From: Nemertoderma westbladi
Taxonomy: Eukaryota > Animalia > Xenacoelomorpha
Assembly (NCBI GenBank): GCA_032718475.1
Contig: JAUCBJ010009110.1
Coordinates: 21,807-85,806 of the forward strand
Length of the DNA stretch: 64,000 bases
Direction: 5' to 3'
This document shows positions 62,801 through 64,000 of the stretch, piece after piece (positions within the stretch are counted from its first letter, which is position 1; each line of letters begins with the position of its first letter). The notes below the pieces were generated by a model, which was given only the letters and a program-made list of their open reading frames with translations, had not been told where the DNA came from and ran no database searches. The position numbers and the translations under genes were made by a program.

Positions 62801-64000
62801 CCGTAATGGAGTATAATGCTTTGCCAATTCATACCACAATCTATTTTGATCCACTTTAATATTTTGCCCAAGTATGAGGTGAGTGTATGTTTGCCCATAC
62901 TTGAGTAGAATGCTTTGCCAATTCATACCACAATCTATTTTGATCCACTTTAATATTTTGCCCAAGTATGAGGTGAGTGTATGTTTGCCCGTACTTGAGT
63001 AGAATGCTTTGCCAATTCATACCACAATCTATTTTGATCCACTTTAATAGTTTGCCCAAGTATGAGGTGAGTGTATGTTTGCCCGTACTTGAGTAGAATG
63101 CTTTGCCAATTCATACCACAATCTATTTTGATCCACTTTAATATTTGGCCCAAGTATGAGGTGAGTGTTTGTTTGCCCGTACTTGAGTAGAATGCTTTGC
63201 CAATTCATACCACAATCTATTTTGATCCCCTTTAATATTTTGCCCAAGTATGAGGTGAGTGTATGTTTGCCCGTACTTGAGTAGAATGCTTTGCCAATTC
63301 ATACCACAATCTATTTTGATCCACTTTAATATTTGGCCCAAGTATGAGGTGAGTGTTTGTTTACCCGTACTTGAGTAGAATGCTTTGCCAATTCATACCA
63401 CAATCTATTTTAATCCACTTTAATATTTTTCCCAAGTATGAGGTGAGTGTATGTTTGCCCGTACTTGAGCAGAATGCTTTGCCAATTCATACCACCTGTC
63501 TCACCCAGGCGTGGGGTCACGCTATTCACTTGACTTACCCGGGCGCGGGGTCTCGCTATTCGCTTGTCTCACCCAGGCTTGGGGTCATGCTGTTCACTTG
63601 TATCACCCGGGCGTGGGGTCACGCTATTCACTTGTCTCATCCGGGCGCGGGATCACGCTATTAACTTGTCTTACCCGGGCGCGGGGTCACGCTTTTCACT
63701 TTTATCACCCAAGACCAGTCCACTTGAGGTTATTGTGTATGCTGTGCCAATTGTGTTCTGGAATATTTTATCCTCTTCTAAACAATCCACCAATTAATAA
63801 ATGTTTCCTATTTCAAGACCAGTCCACTTGAGGTTATTGTGTATGCTGTGCCAATTGTGTTCTGTGATATTTTATCCTCTTATATGCAATCCACCAATCG
63901 TAATGTATGCTCTTTCAAAACCAGTCCAATTGAGGTTATTGTGTAGGCTGTGCCAATTGTGATCTGTAATATATTTTCCTCTTTTATACAATCCACCAAT

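Larger units (their letters stand above)
50160..64000. repeat. Composite macrosatellite, ~2.0-2.5-kb units x ~6 (94-bp array + 34-bp array + ~104-bp array + AT-rich spacer)
   Basis: The marker ttgtatgacggttcg recurs at 52595, 54908, 57312, 59831 and 62145. Module order is constant while sub-repeat copy numbers vary. Confidence 0.96.

Noticed and set aside
50203-63831. Many recurring 60-140-aa ORFs
   Set aside because: Translations of the 94-, 34- and 104-bp repeats, mostly with non-ATG starts and no protein-like features.

Overview
AT-rich eukaryotic (probably animal) repetitive DNA with a single credible gene. The gene is an intact, intronless 8.7-kb ORF (35190/35202-43916, +) encoding a divergent Helitron-like rolling-circle transposase. 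Its domains, in order, are a CCHC zinc knuckle, acidic 17-aa repeats, an OTU cysteine protease, a long Cys/His-rich unassigned region, an HUH-Y2 Rep, a PIF1-like SF1 helicase and a C-terminal GIY-YIG nuclease. The GIY-YIG sits where Helentrons usually carry an AP endonuclease. Upstream lie a >20-kb 107-bp satellite (1-20539), a 4.6-kb mostly unique spacer (promoter-like motifs, a foldback element, 68-bp repeats) and a 9.6-kb 55-bp array that may fill an intron of the 5' leader. Downstream are 94-bp repeats, degenerate 107-bp monomers and a ~2.3-2.5-kb composite macrosatellite built from 94-bp, 34-bp and ~104-bp modules. Repeat modules shared across both sides suggest the element and the satellites form one system. 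I could not identify the element termini. All small ORFs in the track are repeat-derived or shadow frames. Coordinates and periods were counted by eye.
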